Source of the DNA: Patescibacteria group bacterium
GTDB lineage: Bacteria; Patescibacteriota; Microgenomatia; UBA1406; GWC2-37-13
NCBI GenBank assembly: GCA_026004415.1
Contig: BPJC01000003.1
Location: forward strand, 49,178 to 113,177
Reading direction: 5' to 3'
DNA length: 64,000 nt
The notes beneath the pieces were generated by a model. The model was not told the DNA's origin, searched no databases, and worked only from the letters and a program-made list of their open reading frames with translations. Numbering within the stretch: position 1 is the stretch's first letter; each line of letters begins with the position of its first letter. This document shows positions 45,368 through 54,256 of the stretch, in pieces. The translations under genes were made by a program, and so were the position numbers.

Positions 45368-46456
45368 GTGATAACCCAATTTCTTAATTTTATTGCTCAA
45401 GTAAGAGAATTTGTTAAATTTTTTCTATCTTATCTTTTAACCCGATTATACCAATTCGGACTTTTTTTTGAAGAAATAAAAAATATTCTTATTGCAATAT
45501 TGGTAGTAAAAAGGGGAAAGTACTCCATAACTTTTTTGAATACAGTGTTTTTTATGATTGTTTTAACTGTATATTTTTTGTCGCCTGTTATTGCAGAGAA
45601 TAATCCATTTAAACAAACTGATGAGACTATAAGTAGAGACTTATTAAGTTTTGAGTATAATCCACAGGAAAACTCAGTTATAACCGATATATCTGTTAAG
45701 CCAAGACCATCGGTCGTAAAGTATGTAGTTAGAGAAGGTGATACGCTGTCTAGTATTGCTAAAAAATTTAACATTGATGTGAATAGCATTAAGTGGGCAA
45801 ATGATTTAAAGACTGATAGCATCAAAGTTGGACAGGAGTTGGATATACCCCCTGGTATTGGTATTGTGCACACGGTTAAAAAAGGTGAGACTATTTATAC
45901 AATAGCTAAAAAATATAAAGTTGATGCTCAGAACATTGTTAATTTTCCTTTTAATGAGTATTTAGATGATGATAGTTTTACTTTAGCTGTCGGACAGACA
46001 ATCTTTGTACCCGGAGGAGTTATTGAAACAGCTCCACAACCTATATATATTGCAGGGAGCAATAATCAAACAGAGATTCAGGGAGGTCAACCTGGTTCTG
46101 GAAGTTTTATCTGGCCTACTTCTGGTCGAATTACACAATACCCAGTTGCTTATCATATGGCTTTAGATATAGCTAATAGATCAGCTCCAGCTATTTTTTC
46201 AGCTGATTCTGGAGTTGTAATCTATGCTGGTTGTGTTGGCTATGGTTATGGTTGTCACATAATTATTGATCATCAAAATGGTTATAGAACTTTATATGCT
46301 CATCTTTCAAGAATTTATGTGAATGTTGGAAACTCTGTAAACAAGGGTGCTACAATAGGGCAGATGGGTTCTACAGGAAGATCTACAGGTACGCACCTTC
46401 ATTTTGAGATTATCAGAGGCGGAGTTAGAATAAATCCGTTAAGTGTTTTAAGGTAA
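45368..46456 (+). CDS. LysM-domain M23 family peptidoglycan metalloendopeptidase
   Basis: Two LysM repeats (YVVREGDTLSSIAKKFNIDVNSIKWANDL and HTVKKGETIYTIAKKYKVDAQNIV) and an M23 core (GSTGRSTGTHLHFEI). Confidence 0.9.
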   Translation: MITQFLNFIAQVREFVKFFLSYLLTRLYQFGLFFEEIKNILIAILVVKRGKYSITFLNTVFFMIVLTVYFLSPVIAENNPFKQTDETISRDLLSFEYNPQENSVITDISVKPRPSVVKYVVREGDTLSSIAKKFNIDVNSIKWANDLKTDSIKVGQELDIPPGIGIVHTVKKGETIYTIAKKYKVDAQNIVNFPFNEYLDDDSFTLAVGQTIFVPGGVIETAPQPIYIAGSNNQTEIQGGQPGSGSFIWPTSGRITQYPVAYHMALDIANRSAPAIFSADSGVVIYAGCVGYGYGCHIIIDHQNGYRTLYAHLSRIYVNVGNSVNKGATIGQMGSTGRSTGTHLHFEIIRGGVRINPLSVLR

Positions 46457-46535
46457 ACCTTATCTTTGTTTTTAAGTCTTGCAACTTGTTTAAGATTTCT
46501 GTTATGATTAAACTAAGTTGTTTCTTTTATTTAGT

Positions 46536-47594
46536 ATGAGTTTTTCAATAAATGATTTATTTAAACAAGCAATTAAGGAAGATGCATCTGATCTGCATAT
46601 AGTAACTGGTTATCGACCTTATATAAGAAAAAATAGTCTGCTTATAGAGCTTAAAGATTTTCCAGAGCTTAACAAGGATGTTGTTCTGCAGTTGTTAGTT
46701 GGTATCTTAAATCAAAAACAAAGACAGGAATTAATAGACAACCATGAGATAGATTTTTCTTACGAGGCAGAAGGTGTCAGATTTAGAGTTAATTATTATT
46801 TTACCAAAGGTTCTTTAGCTGGCGCTTTTAGGTTGATACCAGTTGAGATTAAATCTTTGACAGAGTTATCTTTGCCTTCACAGTTGGAAAGGTTAACTAA
46901 TTATACGCAGGGTTTGGTTTTGGTAACTGGTAGGACTGGCCAGGGAAAATCAACAACATTAGCTTCTTTAATAAATCTTATAAATATGCGCGAACGCAAA
47001 CATATTATTACAATTGAGGATCCTATTGAGTACATATATCCTAAAAGTTTGTCAGTTATAACTCAAAGAGAGGTTTTTTCAGATACATTAAGTTGGAAAA
47101 GAGCTTTGCGTGCGGCCTTAAGAGAGGATCCTGATATTGTATTAGTTGGAGAGATGAGAGATTATGAAACTATTAGTCTAGTTTTGACAATTGCAGAAAC
47201 AGGACATTTGGTTTTTTCAACTTTACATACTTCTACAGCTCCAGAAACTATTAATCGTATCATCGATGTGTTTCCTCCAAGTCAGCAAAATCAGATTAGA
47301 ACGCAGTTAGCTGAAAATTTAAAGGCAGTTATTAGTCAGGTTTTGGTTCCTACAGTTGATCTTAAAAGCAGACTTCCTGCTCTTGAGATCATGTATAACA
47401 CACCTGCAGTAGCTAATACAATAAGAGAAGGCAAAATACATTATCTGCAAAACATTATAGAAACATCAGAAAATGATGGTTTTATGTTGTTGGAGAAATA
47501 TTTGGCTGGATTGTATTCAGAAGGAAAAATAAGTAGAGATACAGCCTTGCAACATTCTGCCAGAGACTCTGTTATTAGAAATTATGTTAAATAA
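46536..47594 (+). CDS. pilT: Type IV pilus retraction ATPase PilT
   Basis: ASDLHI, Walker A GRTGQGKSTT, PDIVLVGEMRD, GHLVFSTLHT, and a size of ~350 aa typical of PilT. ATG 46536 preferred to TTG 46518. Confidence 0.8.
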   Translation: MSFSINDLFKQAIKEDASDLHIVTGYRPYIRKNSLLIELKDFPELNKDVVLQLLVGILNQKQRQELIDNHEIDFSYEAEGVRFRVNYYFTKGSLAGAFRLIPVEIKSLTELSLPSQLERLTNYTQGLVLVTGRTGQGKSTTLASLINLINMRERKHIITIEDPIEYIYPKSLSVITQREVFSDTLSWKRALRAALREDPDIVLVGEMRDYETISLVLTIAETGHLVFSTLHTSTAPETINRIIDVFPPSQQNQIRTQLAENLKAVISQVLVPTVDLKSRLPALEIMYNTPAVANTIREGKIHYLQNIIETSENDGFMLLEKYLAGLYSEGKISRDTALQHSARDSVIRNYVK

Positions 47595-47597
47595 GTT

Positions 47598-48791
47598 ATG
47601 TTGTATGAAGTAGAAGGAATTCAAGATGATAAAAGAGTAAAAAAGCGCTTTGAAGCAGAAAACGAATCTGATTTAAATAGAATACTTCTAGAGTATGATT
47701 TTGTTCCAATAAAAGTTAAGTCTATGACTAAGAAAGGGTCATTTTTAGGTTTGTTTAATAAAATGAGCTTTGATGATGTTGTTAACTTCACTAGGCAGTT
47801 GGCTATGATGTTAAATGCTGGTTTGAGTTTAGTTGATTCTTTCAATATTCTAAAAAAACAGTCTTATAAAGAAAGCATGTTGAAGTTTTATGATGATATA
47901 GATAAAGATATTAAGTCTGGGCTTAGTTTGTCTGCCGCTTTGCAAAAATATAAGGGAGTTTTTTCAAGCGTATATATATCGCTTGTTAAGGCTGGTGAGG
48001 CTTCAGGTAAAATGTCTGATATTTTGCTTAGATTAGCTGAAAACTTGGAGGAAAGTCAGGAGTTTAGAGGTATGCTTAAGTCAGCTTTAATTTATCCTGT
48101 TTTGGTTGTTATAGTTATGGTGGTTGTTATTTTTATTATGATTACCTTTGTTATTCCACGACTGTTAGATATTTATAAAAACTTTCAAATGGATCTCCCT
48201 ATAACAACAAAGATCTTAATGGTAATCTCAGATTTTAGTAGTAAGAATTGGTATGTGGTATTAATAGTTGTTGGAGTCATTGTTTACTTATTTAGGTATT
48301 ATATCAATACTGAACAAGGAAAAATGGTTTATGACAGATTTTTACTGCGTCTGCCATATATGGGAGATGTTATTGCCAAAGGAATTTTAGTTGAAACAAC
48401 TAGAACTTTGGCAATTTTGACTAGATCCGGCGTTTCGATTTTAGAGTCTTTAGAGATAGTAACAGAAACAACAGATAATCTTATATATAAGAATGCATTT
48501 AAAAGAATCTATGATCAGGTAAAAAAAGGCGTTTCTGTTGGAGATGCTATGCAGATGGAGGAATTATTTCCGCCAATGCTTGTCCAGATGGTTAAAGTAG
48601 GCGAGAATACAGGACATTTGGATGAGACTTTAGAGCGTGTGGCTAAGTATTTTGAGATGGAGTCCAGAATTGCGATTAAGGCAATGACTTCATTGATTGA
48701 GCCTGCAATTTTGATTGTTTTGGCATTAGGCGTTGGTTTTTTGGTTATTTCGGTGATAACGCCTATTTATAATCTAACCTCTGCTTTTTAA
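47598..48791 (+). CDS. pilC: Type IV pilus/T2SS platform protein (PilC/GspF family)
   Basis: 397 aa with two GspF-type repeats and three TM segments; sits between two secretion ATPases. Confidence 0.85.
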   Translation: MLYEVEGIQDDKRVKKRFEAENESDLNRILLEYDFVPIKVKSMTKKGSFLGLFNKMSFDDVVNFTRQLAMMLNAGLSLVDSFNILKKQSYKESMLKFYDDIDKDIKSGLSLSAALQKYKGVFSSVYISLVKAGEASGKMSDILLRLAENLEESQEFRGMLKSALIYPVLVVIVMVVVIFIMITFVIPRLLDIYKNFQMDLPITTKILMVISDFSSKNWYVVLIVVGVIVYLFRYYINTEQGKMVYDRFLLRLPYMGDVIAKGILVETTRTLAILTRSGVSILESLEIVTETTDNLIYKNAFKRIYDQVKKGVSVGDAMQMEELFPPMLVQMVKVGENTGHLDETLERVAKYFEMESRIAIKAMTSLIEPAILIVLALGVGFLVISVITPIYNLTSAF

Positions 48792-48906
48792 TTTTAAATA
48801 AGATTTACTAATAAGCTAAATTTATCAATTTAATATAACCTTAGTTTTGTAATATAAAAATTTTTCTGTTTGAAAACCTTTAATTTTTTTCGTAATATAA
48901 ATTATT

Positions 48907-50625
48907 ATGTATGCTATAAATCAAACTGATTTAATAAACAATCTTCTTCAAGAAGGTCTTGACGCAAGGCTTTTGGAAAATGCTAGATTAGAGTCATTAA
49001 AAAAGGATATACCTTTTGACGATTATTTGTTAACTAATACAGATATTGATAAGAAAAAGATTTATAGCGCAATTGCAAAAACAATGGGCACTACCTATGT
49101 TGATTTAGATGAAATGGCAAGTGATCCACAGGCATTGGCTTTTGTTCCAGAAATTATTGCAAGAAAGTATGATTTATTGCCAGTAAAGTATAATCAGAGC
49201 CTTGATGAGATCGTAACTGCAGTAGTTGATCCATTAAATTTATCGTTAAAAGACTTTTTGGAAAAAAAGACAGGAAAAAAAATTAGGTTCGTTCTGGCAG
49301 AAAAAGATAAAATAAAATCTAAAATTGATATGTCTTACAGCCAAAGAATCTCTCCAGAGGTCTTGGCGGCTTTAAAAGAGGTTGAGGGAGAGAGTGTGGA
49401 CTCAACTGTTCAAAAGAAAATTGAAACAGTCAATCGTGAAGCTCCTATTGCGCGTATAGTCAACACAATTTTAGAGTTTGCTGTAAAAAGTAGAGCGTCT
49501 GATGTGCATATTGAGCCATTGGAAGACAGAACTCGCGTTCGTTATAGAATAGATGGTATTTTGACTGAGAAATTAGTTTTGCCTAGAAGTATTCATTCTG
49601 CTTTGGTTTCTCGTATCAAGATTCTTTCAGATATGAAGATCGATGAGAAAAGAGTTCCTCAAGATGGCAGGTTTGCTTTTTCTTTAGGTTCTGAAGAAGT
49701 AGATTTGCGTGTGTCAACTTTGCCGTCAGTTCACGGTGAAAAAGTAGTTATGAGACTTTTGAAAAAAACAGGAGGTATACCAGATTTGCCTGCATTAGGT
49801 TGGAGAGGACCACAGTTAAAATTAGTTGAGGAAGCAATTAGAAAACCTTATGGCATAATTTTGGTTACAGGTCCTACAGGTTCAGGTAAGACAACAACAT
49901 TGTATTCTGTGTTAAACAGGCTGAATAAACCAACAGTTAATATTGTTACATTGGAAGATCCAGTTGAGTATCAGATTCCAGGCATTACACAAGTTCAGGT
50001 CAATCCTCAGGCTGGTTTAACATTCGCCAATGGATTACGGGCATTTTTGCGACAAGATCCAGATATCATTTTGGTAGGAGAGATTAGAGACAAAGAAACA
50101 ACGCAATTAGCTATACAAGCCGCTTTAACAGGCCATTTAGTTTTTTCAACTTTACACACCAATGATTCAGCAACAGCAATTCCTCGTTTGTTGGATTTAG
50201 GAGCTGAGCCTTTTCTAGTCGCGTCTGTGTTGGAAATATCGATTGCTCAAAGAATTGTTCGTAGAGTTTGCGAGGATTGTAAAGAAGAGTATGAGCCTAA
50301 ACAAGAGATCATAGATAACATAAAAACAGTTTTAGGAGATCTGTTACCAAAAAAATATCAAGATGGAACTGAAAAAATAAAACTAACTAGAGGAAAAGGT
50401 TGTAAAGAGTGTGGGGATACTGGTTATAGAGGTAGAATTGGTATTTTTGAAGTTTTAAAGGTAACTCCTGAGGTTACGAATTTAATACTAAATCACTCTG
50501 CTTCTGAAGATATTATGAAGGTTGCTAAATCCCAAGGAATGATGGAGATGATACAAGATGGTTACTTAAAGGCTCTTGATGGATTAACCACTATTGAGGA
50601 GGTTTTAAGAGTTTCAGAAGCTTAA
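48907..50625 (+). CDS. pilB: Type IV pilus assembly ATPase (PilB/GspE family)
   Basis: Walker A GPTGSGKTTT, DPDIILVGEIRD, GHLVFSTLHTN, and tetracysteine CEDC...CKEC zinc motif; 572 aa. Confidence 0.9.
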   Translation: MYAINQTDLINNLLQEGLDARLLENARLESLKKDIPFDDYLLTNTDIDKKKIYSAIAKTMGTTYVDLDEMASDPQALAFVPEIIARKYDLLPVKYNQSLDEIVTAVVDPLNLSLKDFLEKKTGKKIRFVLAEKDKIKSKIDMSYSQRISPEVLAALKEVEGESVDSTVQKKIETVNREAPIARIVNTILEFAVKSRASDVHIEPLEDRTRVRYRIDGILTEKLVLPRSIHSALVSRIKILSDMKIDEKRVPQDGRFAFSLGSEEVDLRVSTLPSVHGEKVVMRLLKKTGGIPDLPALGWRGPQLKLVEEAIRKPYGIILVTGPTGSGKTTTLYSVLNRLNKPTVNIVTLEDPVEYQIPGITQVQVNPQAGLTFANGLRAFLRQDPDIILVGEIRDKETTQLAIQAALTGHLVFSTLHTNDSATAIPRLLDLGAEPFLVASVLEISIAQRIVRRVCEDCKEEYEPKQEIIDNIKTVLGDLLPKKYQDGTEKIKLTRGKGCKECGDTGYRGRIGIFEVLKVTPEVTNLILNHSASEDIMKVAKSQGMMEMIQDGYLKALDGLTTIEEVLRVSEA

Positions 50626-50788
50626 ATTGGAGATTTAATTATTAATTTTTAGTTCTTAATTCTTAGTTCTTAATCAAATTATAACTATTAATTCTTAATT
50701 ACTAAACAGTTTAGAAATTAAAAATTAAACATTAGCAATTGAATATGAACTAGAAATTTAGAAATTAGAAATTAGAAACAAATCATTT

Positions 50789-52558
50789 TTAATTGATAAT
50801 TAACCAATTGAATTTAACTTCTTTATTATTCTTTTCAGTTATATAAACCTCAAAGTAGCCTTCTTCTTGTTTTGATACTGTCAGTTGTCCTTTAAGCTCT
50901 GCTGAGTTAGGAGTTAGGTAAATCAATGAATTGCTGTTGGCTTTATTAGAGTAGATTCTTACTGTTTGGCTGTTTTCAGGTATTATGCCAATACCAGCTG
51001 TTTGGTTTTCTGTAAGTATCTGCGCTGATTCTGTTGATAAAGGATCTATAGTGTCTGCCAAAATAAAGTTTGCAGAGTCACTGGCTGGGATATATTTTTC
51101 TAATCTAATCTCATTAAATTTGGCACTGCCTTGATTGTCAATGCTGGCTACTTCTTGATCTTGGCTATTTTTAATACTTAATTTATTCTCATTTCCATTT
51201 AGCTTAATTGTTAAGTTTTGGTCTGGTTTTGACTCCAAAGATTCAGTTTTGATGCCTTTGGCTATTATAACACCTGTTGTTGTAATATCACCGTTTTTGC
51301 TTATTGCTACTTGATTGTCAAAAAAGACAATTCTTTTTTCAGCTGTTAGGTTAAGTTCTTCGTTTATCGTCATTATTTTGTTTTGTTCAATGTAGATGTT
51401 ATTTACAGCCAAAGAGTTTAAAGCTATAAGGTTGGTGGTAGTTATAGTGTTTTTGGCATTTAGATAATTTGTGTTTATGAAATCAGCTTTTAGCTCTGGA
51501 TTTAATTTTTGGTAATACCCAACATCAGGTAGGCTAGAGTTGTTGACATCAGCTAGTAGTTGTTGAATCTCATTTATTCTTTCATAGAGTGGTTTGTCGT
51601 CTTCGTTAGTGCTTTGGTTATTGTTGTCATTGCTTATGATCTGGTTTAATCTTTGTTCTATCTGATTGATCTGTGTTTGAATGTTTTCTGCTTCGATTTT
51701 TTTAGCTTTTAAAGTGTCTGTTTGCACTTCTTTGGCAGTTATCGTTCCGCTAAAACTTGCGTTGCCATTGCCATCTATTACGACTGTGTTTTTACCATCA
51801 AAGTTGTTTAATATCAGTTGGGATAATTTGCCTTTGTTAGTATCTGATTTTAATTTCAGATCACCAGTTATCGTTGTCTTTTTCTCGTCTGTATTAAACT
51901 CTGCCACCGTTTGATTATTTGTGTCTGTTATTTGTATTTTGGAGTTTTCTGTTGTTGTTCTTATTTTAGAGTCTTTATTAGTTAGATTAAGTTGACCAGT
52001 CTCTACTACTGGTGATATAAAATTATCAGAGGTGTTTATAACTCTTTGGTTGGCCAAGTAATTACTTATTCTTTCATCTATGTAATCTGATAATTTCTTG
52101 CCAGCTATAGTTAAGTTGTCTGTAGTTAAATGAAGATTTTCAGCTACAATAGATTTTGTCAGCAGGGCATTGTTTACGATCAAATTTTCTGTTTCTATAA
52201 GTCCAGCTTTTATATTGGCAGTAATTACTTTAGCAAATCCACTGATTCTTGTGATTGTGTCTCCTGTTATTGTTTTCAGATTATATAGCTTGGATTTTAA
52301 GTTAGAGACTTGGTTTTGATAATTTAAACTGGAGTTGTAAGTATATTGATCAACAGGTTTTTCAAGTATAACATCACCTTCTGAGTTTAGACTAATTAAG
52401 TTTTTCAGATTTTCAATTTGGTCTTGTTGTTCTTGGATTGCTTTTATGGAAAAAGGTATTACTTCGGTATATGACAATGTTTTATATCCTTCTCCTGTTT
52501 TATGAACTATTGATGGCAAAACTTCTTCAATATTTTGAGCAATAAAGCCAAAATGCAT
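50789..52558 (-). CDS. C-terminal fragment of a giant surface-fibre gene: second half of an S74-type intramolecular-chaperone domain plus a ~500-aa extension
   Basis: Begins MHFGFIAQNIEEVLPSIVHKTGEGYKTLSYTEVIPFSIKAIQEQQDQIENLK, the conserved core of the endosialidase-chaperone (Peptidase_S74) domain. The frame is open upstream to LKPVSYYWDLENYPNNGFDEK, and joins the previous fragment if one A is removed from the A8 tract at 52621-52628. Confidence 0.7.
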   Translation of the reverse strand: MHFGFIAQNIEEVLPSIVHKTGEGYKTLSYTEVIPFSIKAIQEQQDQIENLKNLISLNSEGDVILEKPVDQYTYNSSLNYQNQVSNLKSKLYNLKTITGDTITRISGFAKVITANIKAGLIETENLIVNNALLTKSIVAENLHLTTDNLTIAGKKLSDYIDERISNYLANQRVINTSDNFISPVVETGQLNLTNKDSKIRTTTENSKIQITDTNNQTVAEFNTDEKKTTITGDLKLKSDTNKGKLSQLILNNFDGKNTVVIDGNGNASFSGTITAKEVQTDTLKAKKIEAENIQTQINQIEQRLNQIISNDNNNQSTNEDDKPLYERINEIQQLLADVNNSSLPDVGYYQKLNPELKADFINTNYLNAKNTITTTNLIALNSLAVNNIYIEQNKIMTINEELNLTAEKRIVFFDNQVAISKNGDITTTGVIIAKGIKTESLESKPDQNLTIKLNGNENKLSIKNSQDQEVASIDNQGSAKFNEIRLEKYIPASDSANFILADTIDPLSTESAQILTENQTAGIGIIPENSQTVRIYSNKANSNSLIYLTPNSAELKGQLTVSKQEEGYFEVYITEKNNKEVKFNWLIIN

Positions 52559-52574
52559 TTTTTCATCAAAGCCA

Positions 52575-54209
52575 TTATTTGGGTAATTTTCTAGATCCCA
52601 GTAATAGCTTACTGGTTTTAATTTTTTTTATTAAATCTATTGAGTTTTCAATAGGAGTTATATTTTTTTTCCATCTTTTATCAGAAGGTAAATAACTTCC
52701 AGTTGTGTAAACATTTCCTGTGAAATAACCAGCATAGCAGGTGTAACCTGAAGGGCAGGTGCTATTTACAGATCCTACAATTCCGGCGGCATAGTTCGAT
52801 AAATCATTTTGGTAGCCTATGCCACCGGCAGTAAGCCAGTTATTTCCTGCAGAGTTTAATAAGGTTCCATGAATTGCAACTCTGTAATTAGAACTAGTAC
52901 TTGTTCCTAATTCTTTAGCTATTGCTTCTATGGTGTGGTAACTTCCTGATGAAACAGATGGATCATAAGCATAAATCGATGTAAGTGCGTTATTTGTAGT
53001 ATAAGGAAGGTTTGTTGTTGATGATTTAGCTACATGTAAAATACTATCTGGGTTTGTAAGACCTATTCCAACATTTCCTCCACTTGGGTTGATTATAAAT
53101 TTGGTAGGAGAGTTAGAACTATTATACGCTTGTAGGCCGGTTACACTTGAAACATTTCCAAACAATATATAATCTCCGCTTCCAATAGTTGATCTTATTG
53201 AACCTTGTACATCAAGTTTATACTGCGGATTCGTCGTCCCGATGCCGACATTGCCAGTGTCAACAGTAATTGAACCATCTCTAAAAGATATTTGAGGATC
53301 TGTTGTGCCAGTGTTGTAAGTCCAGGTGAAGACAGAGCCGGAACCCCAAGTTACAGAGGCAAGTTCAGTTGGATCAAAGGCAACAGTTGGAGACCATCCT
53401 TCACCTGCAGTTCCTGTAACATCAATATAATTTCCCGCAGTGATTCCAGCAACATAATTGCCGGTAGTTTCTGATCCTAAGGCAATACAATTTGTACATG
53501 TTATTCCTCCATCTGCATTTATATCTCCTGAGAAATAAGCCGTACCTGCAACATATAGTTTATATGATCCCGGACTCGTCGTTCCGATGCCGACATTGCC
53601 AGTGTCAACAGTAATTGAACCATCTCTAAAAGATATTTGAGGATCTGTTGTGCCAGTGTTGTAAGTCCAGGTGAAGACAGAGCCGGAACCCCAAGTTACA
53701 GAGGCAAGTTCAGTTGGATCAAAGGCAACAGTTGGAGACCATCCTTCACCTGCAGTTCCTGTAACATCAATATAATTTCCCGCAGTGATTCCAGCAACAT
53801 AATTGCCGGTAGTTTCTGATCCTAAGGCAATACAATTTGTACATGTTATTCCTCCATCTGCATTTATATCTCCTGAGAAATAAGCCGTACCTGCAACATA
53901 TAGTTTATATGATCCCGGACTCGTCGTCCCGATGCCGACATTGCCAGTGTCAACAGTAATTGAACCATCTCTAAAAGATATTTGAGGATCTGTTGTGCCA
54001 GTGTTGTAAGTCCAGGTGAAGACAGAGCCGGAACCCCAAGTTACAGAGGCAAGTTCAGTTGGATCAAAGGCAACAGTTGGAGACCATCCTTCACCTGCAG
54101 TTCCTGTAACATCAATATAATTTCCCGCAGTGATTCCAGCAACATAATTGCCGGTAGTTTCTGATCCTAAGGCAATACAATTTGTACATGTTATTCCTCC
54201 ATCTGCATG
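52575..54209 (-). pseudogene. Middle fragment of the giant surface-fibre gene (contains the 3 x 115-aa repeats; no start codon of its own until TTG 53165)
   Basis: The minus-strand frame is open from 54209 to 52575. It encodes three identical 115-aa units (...GNVGIGTTSPGSYKLYVAGTAYFSGDINADGGITCTNC...), then ...GNVGIGTTNPQYKLDVQG..., and ends PSDKRWKKNITPIENSIDLIKK, the start of the S74 domain. The track only reports 52575..53165. Confidence 0.7.
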
Positions 54210-54256
54210 TTATATCTCCTGAGAATATAAGCCGTACCTGCAACATATAGTTTATA
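53222..54256 (-). repeat. Three head-to-tail 345-bp (115-codon) near-perfect tandem repeats inside the giant gene
   Basis: Positions p and p+345 are identical over ~53240-53911 except one mismatch (53238 C vs 53583 T). This is reflected by three identical antisense ORFs at 53292, 53637 and 53982. The top copy carries two extra bases (G 54209 and T 54226). Confidence 0.95.

Noticed and set aside
50626-50788. AT-rich intergenic tract with short direct repeats (AGTTCTTAAT..., TAGAAAT/TTAGAAA x4) between the convergent pilB and the giant gene. It was considered as a mini-array or a bidirectional terminator.
   Set aside because: The units are 7-12 nt, irregularly spaced and degenerate. There is no repeat-spacer periodicity and no G+C-rich stem followed by a T-run, so this is most likely simple low-complexity sequence.
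53292-54164. Three identical 60-aa plus-strand ORFs (53292, 53637, 53982), which look like a small multi-copy gene family.
   Set aside because: They are antisense shadows of the 345-bp coding repeats on the minus strand. The minus frame is open through all three copies and carries the conserved GNVGIGTT motif, whereas the plus ORFs are Cys/Ser/Arg-rich nonsense with no ribosome-binding site.
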